DNA of 62,535 bases, the filler included, from Basidioascus undulatus (Eukaryota): assembly GCA_000826855.1 (NCBI GenBank). It is 7 parts of 7 records of this genome, joined end to end, with 100 filler letters (N's around TTAATTAATTAA, not from the genome) between each part and the next. Parts side by side here need not be neighbours in the genome. Positions count along the whole stretch, not along the records: positions 24,025 to 50,541 come from JTLS01000185.1; 6 more parts are not named here. One strand, given 5' to 3'. The notes below the pieces were generated by a model. The model saw only the letters and a list, made by a program, of their open reading frames with translations. It did no database searches and was not told the origin of the DNA. Shown piece by piece: positions 38,861 through 50,641 of this stretch (position 1 is its first letter; every line of letters starts with the position of its first letter). Position numbers and translations under genes: made by a program.

Positions 38861-39270
38861 CTGCGATGAACTGATCGACACATGCTTGAATTACTATACT
38901 GGGCCTGACTTGTGTAGTGCTACCGTTTGCATTGACCAGCTCAAGAAACAGTCGTCAACGACCGCATATCCGCCAGCACGGCAAAGTCAAAACAGAGCGC
39001 AGTACACACAGATTCTCCACACTTGAGGGTATTGGACCTGCAAAAACGGACGGTGAAACACAGTGCAGATGCGGCAGATCCCAGGGCTTATGCTTCGACA
39101 GCCAAGCAAGAAGAAAAGGGTGGAAGGTTGCTGGCGCGACCGCTGCAGCCGTTCATCATTCTCTTTGCACCGGGTACTCTACAGTATCTCCTGCGGAGAT
39201 ATTATTGAAGAAGTTGCTTCAGCGGATGGAAGTACAGCACTGAAGGCGAAGGATCCATCTTTCGGAAGTC

Positions 39271-39313
39271 AGCAAGATCACGCAAGGTCACGCAAGGTCA
39301 CGCAAGGTCACGC
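39271..39313. repeat. Minisatellite, 10-bp unit CGCAAGGTCA, about 4 copies
   Basis: agcaagatca cgcaaggtca cgcaaggtca cgcaaggtca cgc. Confidence 0.9.
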
Positions 39314-39680
39314 TCGACTGCCACCGCTGCGAACTTGAAAGCCGAACTCACTGGCACTTCGACTCCTTCTCATATACCTCAAAAACAACACCTTACTTCT
39401 TCTCATCTCCCCTCGCAGGAGGCCTTATCGGGCAGACGACATGGCATGACCCCTCGTCGGCGAAATACAATCAGTCGCATGCCAACGCCTCGGGTGCAAG
39501 CTCGGAGGTGTTTGACGCCGGACGCTTGATGGGCGGGCGCGTTCAGAGCAGAGGCCTTCGTGTGGGTGGAGAGAGAATGAGACGAGGCAGACTGCTCAGC
39601 GCAAAGACCCATAGCAATGAAGTCGCGCCTGATGTGGAAACCCCTCTCCCATCAATTTGGCCCCACTTGGGTGTCACACC

Positions 39681-39722
39681 GCACGCGACTCTGCGAAGTG
39701 CGCACGCGACTCTGCGAAGTGC
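39681..39722. repeat. Perfect 21-bp tandem duplication
   Basis: GCACGCGACTCTGCGAAGTGC occurs twice. Confidence 0.9.
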
Positions 39723-39919
39723 ACACGCTATCTGCCCACACGAAGGCCTGGCATCCGCCACGATGGCCTTGGCGACATTCTGAGCGAGACGGAGCCACAC
39801 GCATGGAGCGATCGCTGTCGCCACAGCACGACAATAAGACTCGAGTCTTCTCGCTATGCGTGGCAAAACGCGCGTCCACCAACGCCTCTTCATGTCAACC
39901 GGTCGGTACCTCTCCAAAT

Positions 39920-42051
39920 CTACAGCCCATCAAAGTCGCCCATGTCCTCATCCCCATCGAGGTCGCCCTCCTCGAGCTCGCGTGCCAGGCGCGCCTCGCG
40001 CTCCCGGGCCTCCTCCATGTTTGCCAGGTCGGTCGCGTTCGCCTTGAGCGGGTAGCGCATCGACTGAAGTTCACAACCAGCGTGTGCGTCAGAGACACGG
40101 TCCCAGGAAAGGTTGGGCTTGAATGGGAAGGCTGGGACGGGGAAACGGTGACGTACCTTCACGCTTTCGTTGTGGAGGTCGAGGCAGAACGCGACGCGCT
40201 GGCGGAAGACGCTCTGCGGCTCGTCCGTCTCGTACACATTGCCCTGCTGGCTCGACTGCATGTAGCCCTTCTCGTGCTCGAGCGTCGCGTCGATCACACC
40301 GTCGCGGATCGCCTGGTGTGGTGTCGCGCACCTCGCAGTCAGCGTCGTTTTCGTTTAGGCTGTGCGATAGACGAACCTTGGCAACGATGTATTCGGCGTC
40401 CTCCTCCGAGTCGAGGCGGAGCTTGGCGCAGATGTCGCGCAGCGAGATGCGCGAGTAGGAGAGGCTGAGCATGCGCAGGCCCGTCTTGATCACGTTGTGC
40501 CGGAGGCGGAGGATGAGCGTGTGCGTGCCGTCATGCAGGAAAGACTGGGCGTGCTCGTTGAGCGCGGACTGGAAGAGCGAGAGGTCGCCGACGCGGACGG
40601 CTGTCGAGCGGGCGCGCTTGGCATCAGTCATTTGTGTCCCTCCCGGCTAGGTGAACGCGGCTGAGACATACCCTGCACGATGGACAGGTACCCGCCCTTC
40701 TCAAGCGCGTTCTTCAGCACCTCTTGGCGGAAGATCGAACGCTCGGGGATGTCGCCCATGAGCAGCTCGACGGTGATGAAGAACTTGTGGACCTGCGCGG
40801 TTCAACTTGCGCTTCAGCATTCGCGTTGTGGCTTCTCATTCGATGCGGAGAACGTACAGTTTGCAGGAAGCCAGGCGCGACGGTCACATTCGGTGCGCGC
40901 CGGATCGCCTGCTGCAAGTGCTGGTGCGCTTCGGTGTAGTTCAGCTGAACAGCGCGAACGCGGCCTGTTTACAGACAGGTCAGCGGCCGATCGACGCACT
41001 CTGCAAGACGCGACAACGGACCGAGGTAGTACAGGTAACGCGCAAGCTGCGAGTTGCCGGCGCCCTCGGGGAAAGTCGTCTTGGCGATGAGCTTATCTGC
41101 CTGGTCGTAGGAGTTGGTGGAGAGGTAGGAGCGAAGGAGGAGGTTGAGGAGGACGGCCTGCATACGGGATACCCTCTCAACACTCAGTCCATGATGACCC
41201 GAAATGTGATGGCCGACGCACCTGAGAGTCAACGTCCTTGCGCAGGACCGCCGTGCGCTGAGCAGCAAGGAGCTGCGTCCGGACCTCGAGCTCACGCCCG
41301 AGCAGCTCGTAAGCGCGGTAGTGGTAGAACCAGACCTTGGCCGCGAGCGCGTCCAGCGTGCGGCGGTTCGCAGCCTGAACGAGCTGCAGCGTGGCGGTGG
41401 AAAGATCCAGAGCCTGTGGGAGAAGCCCTGCCCCGTCAGCTCAGTTCCGTCGGGCAGGTCCAGATGCTGCAGCACGCGTACAGCAACGAGCTTCTTCTGG
41501 TCGATGAGGAAGAGGATGACAAGAAGCCGGAGGTACACGTCGACTTCGGGCGAGAGATCGCGCGCGGCAGGGGTCTTCTTAGAGGGCGTCTCGGTGGTGG
41601 TGTCGACGTCCATGGCGGAGGTGGAGGTGGTGGATGCGGAGGGGAGGTAGGGGGTGAGGGCAGTCTGCGTAGACGGGCCTGGGTGTTCCCATTCTTTAGT
41701 ATCGTCTCATCGGTATCCAGAAGACAAAAACGCACTCGCAAGAGAGACCGCCTCCCGGAGAACCTCGCCATTCAACCGCCGCCTCAGGCCGGTGAGCGTC
41801 CTCAGCACGCGGCTCGTGAAGCGGCCCTCGATAGTGGACACAGCGCGCTCGATCAGCGCGGCATTGTTCTTGATTTCTGTTCAAACATAGCGGCGCGGGT
41901 ATGATGAGCTCGAGAGCATCCCGGGCCGTACGTCGCGTGCAGGAAGGGAAGACGCACCGGACAAGACGGCGTCTTCCTTGGGCGGTTCCTGCGCGGACGC
42001 GGTGGGCGCTGCGGACTCTGCCGGCGTCATTTCAACGTTTTTGCTCGCCAT
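39920..42051 (-). CDS. RPN3: 26S proteasome regulatory subunit Rpn3
   Basis: [40 protein letters not shown]...[82 protein letters not shown]. Confidence 0.96.
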
Positions 42052-42659
42052 CCTGCAATATAGGTGTAAAAATTGGGTGTAGGACAGTAGAGGGAGCGAT
42101 GCAAGTGTAAGCGTGAATGGAGATGGAAGGCGCTGAGCACGTTGAGCAGGGTGCGTCATGAGGCCGCGCGTCCACCCACATCTAACCCAAGCAGCAATGT
42201 GGCAGCGTCTGCTCAACATTTTCCTTTTCATTTTCCCCCCTCAATCTTCATTTAATATCTGAGTATAGCGTCCAATATTGTCGATGCGATCGTAATGTAG
42301 GAGACAGATAATTATCGGAGGGCGAAAACCTGCTGCCCTAGGTAGTCCTGTCGTAGGGGTCTCGATGCGTAACCGCTCACCTCCCTACGCTCAACCTCCC
42401 AATGCTCAAATCACTCTCAGTTAACTGATGAAACTCTCTGGATCATGTTCTCTCTCGACGCTGTCGGACCAAGCATGTGGGCGTTCGTTGGCCCTGGCGC
42501 GAGCAATCTCGCAGTCTTCTCTGGTCCTCGATCGGTCGATCCGCTCGTCAGTCGTGCAGCTCTGACATGCGAAGCAGAAGCACTGTTTATGACCTTTGAA
42601 AAGTATATTAAAGTTCCTTGGATCTGCGAGAGTCACAAGCATTGCGCAACGAGTGTGTT

Positions 42660-43480
42660 TCATTTCAAAGTGTACTGTCCATTGCAGCGCGAGATACCAC
42701 TCCCTTCGTTCCGGGACGGTTCAGAGGTAGAAGAGATACAGGGAGGCCCAGAGGTCAGTGAAGGATTAGAGGAGTCTGTGACTAAATAGCTCACCTTGGT
42801 AGTGTTCGGAATCTGCAGCACCGCGGTGTTGCTGGGGTCACACGAAGTTGGCGGCTGCCCGCCGCGAGTGTCGATCTTGAGCACAATCGTAGCTGTGGGC
42901 GTTCCCCGAAGTCAGCCGCCGCCTGTGCTGAGTCTCAGGATATGTAGCTCACCGGGAGTGCCAACAGGATCGACCGCGCGCAGGTTCAGCCAGTCGAGTT
43001 GCCGCGGGGGTCGGCCAGGTTCGCGCGGCGGGTGAGGATCGCGTAGTCGCGCTTGACGCGGGTGTAGGGGGAGAAGTCGAACGTGGGGGAGTTCTGGAAA
43101 GCAATTTGGATCCACCAGAGAGCCCCCCCTGGCGTGAACAGCTCAAAACCGATTTGCACCGTGCCGTTAAAAGCCACGAAAGTGTGAAGACCGACCAGCT
43201 TGGCGTCCCGCCTCAACGCCTTCTGGACCGCCTTGTCCTCTCCAGCCTGCACCCAGTAGAGCTCTCCTCTCCCGCACCCCCCCGGGCTCCAGGACCGTCG
43301 AGAGCTTGTCGCCCTTGAGGCATGAGAGGTCGTACAGGTTCGCGACGGCGCCGATCGGGCTGTACTTGGCCGCGCTCGAGCAGGTGTAGTTCTGGGTACC
43401 GACACCGAGCGCAGCGGCGACGAGGCGCGCGCCAGGGGGAGGGGCGAGCGAGGCCGGGACAGTGGGGAGGATGTTTTCGA
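42660..43480 (-). pseudogene. DUF3455-family gene, frameshifted and lacking a 5' end
   Basis: ALGVGTQNYTC; GAVANLYDLSC; G.HTF; SPTFDF; DWLNL; IDTRGGQPPTSC. Frameshifts near 43280 and at 42997/42998, and no signal-peptide exon is visible. Confidence 0.7.
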
Positions 43481-43743
43481 CTGTCTTGAGAGGGCAGCAG
43501 GGATCTGCTCTGGCGGCTATCATGGATCAAGACCACACAGGTACGATACCATTCGTTCACGAGACTCTTCTGGGGTCTTTACAACGAATTCAAACGAAAC
43601 ATGAGCTAGTCCTCGACTAAAGGTCAAATGGCAGCGACATGTAGTACAGTGCGGGAGTCCAGAAGCAATTTCCCACCTCCCACTTCCCACCTCCTTCCTC
43701 CCCGCACTATTCACTAACCATCTAAACATATGGGCGGCCACAG

Positions 43744-44251
43744 GAAATCCGACGCGCGCCGCAAACCCTCCTCCGACCCCCTGGCAGACATGTCCAAGTT
43801 CCTTGCCGCACGAGAGGCCGCTCTCTCGCGCCCCACACCCACCCTCACCTCCTCCTCCATCTCCACCTCACACCGCCCCGCCACCTCTTCCTCCGCTGCT
43901 GCCCACCGCCACATAACGCACCATCTCCCGTCTTCCTCCTCCTGCCTCGCACCTTCCTCTTCCTCTTCCCATCCCCCACCCACCGCCGACCCTCGCGCCG
44001 CCCGCCTCGCACGCGAATCCTCCGAGCGGGCCCGTGCCGAGGCGCTCAAGGGCCGCGCGCGAGCAGCGGCGGCGGCGGAGAGCGAGCCGCCCACGCCGGG
44101 CATTAGTGAGCGCGGATATAATAATCAGTTTATGAGGAATGAGACACGGGATGCGCGGAGGGAGCGGGACAGGGGTGAATGGAGGGAGAGGGGCGGAGGG
44201 TGGAAGGAGAGGGTAGGAGATTGGGTGGGGCGGGATCGGGGGAGATACTGA
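43744..44251 (+). CDS. Terminal exon of a LENG1-like protein, upstream exons not found (or a short ORF from ATG 43730)
   Basis: KSDARRKPSSDPLADMSKFL...RLARESSERARAEAL...GYNNQF. It is preceded by a CTAAC branch motif at ~43714 and a CACAG acceptor ending at 43743. Confidence 0.5.
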
Positions 44252-45321
44252 AAAGGCGTGGTTGGTAGGCGATGGAGAAGGAGTCGACCTGTTTTGATGG
44301 GACGTCGGGACACGGCGTTGCGCAGCGTGTATCGCCTGACCCTCACATCGCTCCGGCGCATTTCGAGTCGCACTCGGGCTGCTATGCACCTCTTCCAGGC
44401 TTTCATTTCCATCACAGCCCTTATGTCCTCTCACCTGCCTTTCGAACTTGGGAGTCGATCACTCATCCGGCTGCCATTCACCTTCCGCTCAAATCCCCTC
44501 GTCAAGTACAACTGTGCCGGGCGTTCAAGTGCGCGCTCCTGCACGTTACCGGGTTGGCGATCACCCCCCATTCGTACATTCATTCTCGCTTTTCACTGCG
44601 CGTGCGCAATCGCAGACCTGGTCGCTGGGCGCCCTCGCACAATCGCACCCGCTCCTCAGATACATGTAGTATGCTCCACTTTCAGTTGAAATGATCAATT
44701 CCCATTGCCATGCGACTTCAAGCGTCCACCGAGGTCAAACGTGCAGCTCAAACGCACATGGAAGGGCTGTATCCGGCTGCCGACTGTGTCTAATCCCGCC
44801 AGAAGGAGCATGCCGGCTCTCATGCGGCGGAGGACTCAGAGTCATGTACGAATGGCAGCGTCGTTCGGCAGGGTTAGCGAGTATGAGTCCCGGGAGCAAT
44901 GTTCCCGTATCGACCTTGTGATCTTGCACTCTGGGTGCGGAGACGAGGCTGGCATCCTGCTGCTCCAGCACTGCCTGTCAACTTCGGGTCATGTTTCGGA
45001 AGATCTCCTCGGGGCTGGCACCTTCAACCTCAGGATCGAAGTCGATCAAGATGAATACCTTGTGTTGCACTGATTCCAAGATGATCCGAAGTTGATTGGG
45101 CGCTTCGTCCGAGAGCGGGACGGTAACAAAGAGAGGGCGTGTGTAGGGGTAGGACATGAAGTTGGGCCTTCAAGGGAATCAGTGATAGTGCAGGTGAGTT
45201 GATGGGTGGCTTCAGCCCTGCTGTCGTCCTAAAGGGTGGGCGGGTGAGGAACGAGTCCGCTAAAGGCTGTTGAAGCGGTGGCTAAGATTCGTATCCGCGC
45301 TCGCTGACTATTGCCTGCCAC

Positions 45322-46502
45322 CATCAGGAGAATCGGGTGCACCCTGGCGAGGCAATGCCAGGCATTGTTAGGACTGTCAGGCCTGTCAGGTTTGGAGCTC
45401 CTGGATATGCCTGACAACAGGACCAACCGTTGATGTCAGAGACACAGTCGGACAGCAACGCCATTGTCAGACGTGTCAGACGCTTGTCAGACTGTAAACG
45501 GAACGTCTGATAATGCCTGACGAGGCCTTCCCAGTCGCGATCAGACTGGCTAAGAACACACAAAAACATGAAATTTCGGTATTCGGTGGAACTAAAAATT
45601 GCGATAATGCACTCTTTCTTGTGAGGATAGGTGGGAATAATGTCCGACATAGTCTTCGTCATGCATCGGGCCAAAAATGCGGCTTCCATGCCGTTCCGGA
45701 CCTCCTCCCAGGCTGCTTCAACAAAGAGGAATTTATACACACAACACGCGCAAAGCCATACCAAAAATGATCTGAAGAGGAAAAGAAGCGCCCGGGACAC
45801 GCAAGTCGCTGTCGCGCAAGCGATGGCAGGTCAGCATGGCAGTTCAAGCAGCAAGATGGAAGCTGGTGGTTTGTGATGCAATGAATATATAAAAGTTGTG
45901 TATAGGGCAAGGAGGCACAAGATGAAAGGGTTAAAGGGGATTGATCTGATGCGAAAAATGAGTTGAAGGCTGCGACCGCAGACCTGCGGTCAAGTTAGGC
46001 GACGCACCTAGTTGCCACTGAGCATTATCCCCTATCACAACTCTCCGTGCCTGTGGGGTTGGCGGGGAAATAAAAATGTGCAAATATTCATGGTTAGCAC
46101 AGGTTTTAGAGGGGTGAAGTTGAGAGGTGATGGTGACAAGACAAGACTGACGAGTGCGATCGCGGGATCTTGATGGCTCTTATCGCTCGGTAGGGGTAGA
46201 GTTAAACATCGCTACCCACTCCTTCTGCTCTTCGAACAAGCATACCAGCTGGGCAGAATAGCTTTACAACTGCCCATAAAGTATAAGGCATTGAAGGTAT
46301 CGGACCTGAGTGAGTCAGATATTGCGCAACACAGCCTGAAAGCGGTGATTGCAGGCAATTCCAGACTGACGTTGCCCTTGCCAGGCGTTCAAACAGTCTA
46401 TCCGTTCATGACCAGCAACAGCACCACATTGCCAGGCACTTTCAATCGGATCAGGCTGAATTCCCTTGTAAGCCTGACAAGGCAGGTCCGATTTTCCTGA
46501 TG
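45322..46502. mobile_element. Putative non-autonomous TIR DNA transposon (CACTA/CMC-like features)
   Basis: CATCAGGAGAATCGG (45322-45336) and CCGATTTTCCTGATG (46488-46502) form a 14/15 inverted repeat. AC flanks both ends, TGTCAG/CTGAC repeats cluster near the ends, and the interior is lower-GC and non-coding. Confidence 0.65.
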
Positions 46503-47926
46503 ACTGCGCCGTCATGCTCCTTTCTTCTCATCGAAACGCAGTCCATCCTGGCCATACTCCAGACCAGAAAGCTCGGTGACTCATTCACTCACTTGTAACT
46601 GTTACTTTTCGAACATCTTACATGCACCTACCTTGACGGGCATCCCGATGCAATCGACCAATCTCGGCATTTCCGGACATGAACACTCCTCTGCAGCTGC
46701 TTCAACTGCTTGTCATTCAAATATGAAGAAATTACTCAAAATCTGCCTCGAAAATACTACGAGACAGGCCGGTTACCCAAGGCTTAGCGTTGAGATAGGC
46801 TGAAGTCTGGACGCTGCGAACAGTGATGCATGCCGATTCATTTACGTTCAAGATGTTATCCAGTGCAGCAGTACCCAAACAGGATGCAAAACAAAGAGAG
46901 GACGGGGCTCATTTCATCCAGCCCAGAAGAGACGGCACAGCGTGACGAGAAGCACTGCAACAGCGTACAAGGACAAGCGAAGCTCACCTGACTCCCAAAG
47001 CGTCCCATTTGCCAAACCATCTTCAAGCCAATCCCAGTCATGACCAGCCAAAAGAGTGACGACCTTGACTTCACGAGGCTCTGATATGTGCTGAGATGGG
47101 CAGCAGAGTTCAGGTCGCCTTTGATATTGTCCCACCGGATGAGGTGAAGGGTCTCCATCGCCGCGTGTAGGTGTGGATTGCGCTCGACGGAGCGAACGGC
47201 CAAGACGGCGCGCTCCAATCGGGGTCGTCTCTCCAGACCAAGTTCCTCAAGTCGACTGTTGGGCCTAGCGAGCGCGTGGAATTAGCGCGAAACGAGGCAA
47301 AGCGAGGCGAGCGTCTCGATTGATGCCTTCGTGGACGGGCCGCGGTGCCGTCCGAGCGAGAGCTGTGCGACTTCGTCGACGGAGAGTTTGAGGACGTCGA
47401 GTGGGAGTTGAGGAGCCGGCATTTCAACAAGAATGTCGAGTATGAGCCGTGGGTTCGAAGCGGCGAGTACTGGAGGCGTGAGGGCGATGATGGGCGTCGA
47501 AATCAAGGAGCACGCGCCAGCGGATCGCGGGAGCTGAGCGGCACCAACGGCGACCGTTCTTTCGTGCAGTAAAACATGGGATTCCGTGGCAGGGCTTCAC
47601 CCCTATCATGACTCCGCTCAGAGCCTTCCGGACACTGTGGCTACAGGCTAATCGTTCAGTTGGACAGTGGAAATTGGCGTTGCACTGCCTGTAGCCAAGC
47701 CTTCCGATGTCGCTGCGAAAGCAGGATAAACGCCCTGACCCACCAACAGTCATCAAAGCCCACTCTACCCAGCAGTCAGAAAGGCAGGTCCCTAAGACAC
47801 CTCTCACCCCAACCCCGTCCCAGCCAGTCCCCATGCCTCACACGCAAACGTCCTGTCCGAGAATCGCAAGAGGTTCCAATCGACCAAACATGTATGGGGA
47901 AGCAAAGTCAAAGAGTATCAAGCGGG

Positions 47927-50541
47927 CTAAGACGACGGAGAAGTGTTCGGCAACGCAGGTGGCGCAGCGGCGAGGGAGGGCGACTGCGAGGGCTCGCCGT
48001 CGGACGGTGTGCGCGGACTGCGCTCGACGGGGACGTCGGCCTCGAGGAGCTGTTCGCGTTCAATCGTCGTCAGCCAAAGAGCGGACAGAGAGGAAGAGGG
48101 GAGGGAGCAGAGCACGGACCTGTTCCTTGAGCTCCTCGCCGTCTTCCTCGCCCTCCATCGTCTCCTGGTTGAGGAGCGCCGTGCCCTTGCGGAAGATCTC
48201 CGCCTCCTCGACGAGCTGGCTCCGGCTGAGGGCATTCGTCGGGCTCCGCAGCTCCTCCCCAAGCGGGGGACCCTCATCCTCGCCGTCCTCGTCGTCCTCG
48301 TTCGCCGCAGCGCCCGTGTCGACGGTCAGAGCCGGTTTCGCGCCAGACTTGGCCGGGGCGCCCTCCGAAGCAAGCTCAGCGTCGCCGGCCGCGCCCGCAT
48401 CGGCATCTCCGTCCGCATCGGCATCCGCCGCGACGTCCTCCTCATCCTCCTCCTCCTCCTCCTCCTCATCTTCTTCTTCCTCTTCGTCCGAATCGAACAG
48501 CGTGAACTGCGGGCTCGCAAGCTCGTCGTCGTCGATGCTCCGCGGGCGGCCGCCACGCAACGAGTGGGAGGACGAGCTGCCGACGCTTGCCGAGCGCGTG
48601 CGCCCGATCGGCGCGGGGGACGGACGGACTTTGGGGGAGGGCGGCGCGGCGGCGACACGCTCGAGGAGGGAGGAGAACTGGTCGTTGAGGCGGAGCGCTT
48701 CGGCTGCCGATTCGATTGCTAGATGTGAGCGGAGTCTGCCTTTGAGGACAGGGATCGCCAACGACGCACCCAGCAGCTCAGGGTCGGTGAGGATGTTCTC
48801 CGCGACGAGCTCGATCAGGCGTTCCTGCAGCGCCTTCGCAGGCTCCACCGCACCCTTTGCGACCTCCCCGAGGGGCGCAAACGGCGGTGGTACCGCGTCA
48901 GCGAGTACTTTAACGCACTCCCTCGCAGCCTCGACGACCTCCTCGGGGCGCTTGCTCCAGACCTCCGTGCGTGCCCTGCCAGCGGGGGTGACCGCGGCGG
49001 CGACGACCTCTGCTGCGGCCTGCTGGGCCTCGGCCTCGCGGAGGTCGCGCTGGAGCGCGGAGCGCTCGATGGGAAGGAACATGCTCCGCTTCGTCGTCCC
49101 CGCGCGCTCCTGCGCGAGCTCCGTGTTGCGGATGCACGACGTCAGGATCTCCTGGCTCAGGCGCGCCATCTCCGGGTCGTTCGGCGGGATGTTCAGGTCC
49201 AGACACCGCACAGAGTCGTTCATTCGCACCGCGACAGCCAGCGCCATCACGCCCGCAATGTCGATGTCGTTCTCAGTGAGGTCCTGGGAGGTTTCGATTG
49301 GTTTAGTGACAGAGCCCCTGGTCCCCCTGAACGTTGAACAACGCACGATATGCAACAGCGACTTCGCCTCCGGCAAGAACTCCGCGAGCGCGATCGCGCC
49401 TTCGGACGTGAGATCCGTGTCGGCGAGGAAGAGGCGTTTGAGGTTGGAGTTGACGGTGAAAGACGTTCGCAGGGTGGTGATCTGCGCGACAGCCCAACAG
49501 CCCATTCAGCACCTCTCGCTCCGACGCGAATCGCGCCGCAACGCCCGACACTCACGCCGTCCAGCCCAGGCCCCGCACACGGATTTCGGCTCAGGTCGAG
49601 CGTTTCGAGGACGGAGTTGTGTTTCTGCGGGAATGAAACACCACACCTAGTCTCAGCTCCATTGTTCCTAGGCGTTGGGTGATTGCGGGGAACGAGCGCA
49701 CCAGCGCCTCGGCAATAGCAACCAGCCCGAGCCCCTCGATCCTATTATCGCTGAGGTTGAGGACCTTGAGGGACTGGTTACGCTTGAGTACCGTCGCAAT
49801 GTACGTGATCCCGTTCTGCCCTCGCCCACACCGCCTCATCAGCATCATCCCATCAACGTCCTTCCCTTTCCCAGCACGCGCCCACTGACCCGGATCTCAT
49901 TATTCCTCAAGTCTAGCGTGATCAGCCCCTCCGCCAGGTCCGTCCTCGGCACCGGGCCCGGGCCCGGCACGCCGTCTGCTCCCGCCCCCGCCCCAGGCGT
50001 GCGCGTCGTGACGCTCCCGCTCGCGCTGCTCGTGACAGGGGAGGGCGCCTCCGGACTGGTGGGGGCGAGCTGCTGCTGCATGCTCATGCGCTTCGAGCGG
50101 GGGACGTAGGCTGCGTACCCCGGTGCTGGGGATGAGGGTGCGGATGCAGATGCAGCGGCAGCGGCAGCTGCAGCAGCAGCGCGCGCGGCGAAGGGGTCTG
50201 AGGAGCCCTTGGAGGAGCTGGACAGGTCCGCGTAGTCCTTAAGCATTAGGGCGAGTGCCACCGTGCCGAGGTGGGAGATCTTGTTGCGCCGGAGGGAGAG
50301 GTGGCGGATGGAGGAGGAGCGGACGCCGTGCGCTACGGACCCACCACCCATCCCCAGCATGTTAGCTTTCCCCACAGACAGCGCTTGTTTGGAAGTGCAT
50401 GAGACAAACCAAGGATCTCGAGGCTCCGCGAATTCAAATTGCAATTCTCGAGCCGGACAGTAGCGAGTCCCCCGGCCGCGGGCTCGACGTCGTCGTTGCG
50501 GAGGAGCGGCGCGGGGGGCATGATGTCGAGAGGCTACCACA
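47927..50541 (-). CDS. RNI-like leucine-rich-repeat protein (Mhp1/Gip3/PPP1R37-like), 5' end cut off by the contig edge
   Basis: VRLENCNL; IRHLSLRRNKI; LITLDLRNNEIR; YIATVLKRNQSLKVLNLSDNRI; LETLDLSRNPC; LKRLFLADTDLTSEGAIALAEFLPEAKSLLH; VRCLDLNIPP; CIRNTE; acidic tail with EEAEIFRKG. Confidence 0.85.
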
Positions 50542-50641
50542 NNNNNNNNNNNNNNNNNNNNNNNNNNNNNNNNNNNNNNNNNNNNTTAATTAATTAANNN
50601 NNNNNNNNNNNNNNNNNNNNNNNNNNNNNNNNNNNNNNNNN
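50542..50641. other. Artificial contig-join linker
   Basis: N-TTAATTAATTAA-N, 100 nt. Confidence 0.98.

Noticed and set aside
39271..39722. Short tandem repeats as a CRISPR-like array
   Set aside because: The units are contiguous with no spacers, there are no cas genes, and the context is eukaryotic.
40807..41904. 365-aa plus-strand ORF (also 39617-40468)
   Set aside because: Antisense to RPN3 exons.
47707..49650. 647-aa plus-strand ORF
   Set aside because: Antisense shadow of the GC-rich LRR gene on the minus strand; Ser/Ala/Arg low complexity and no motifs.
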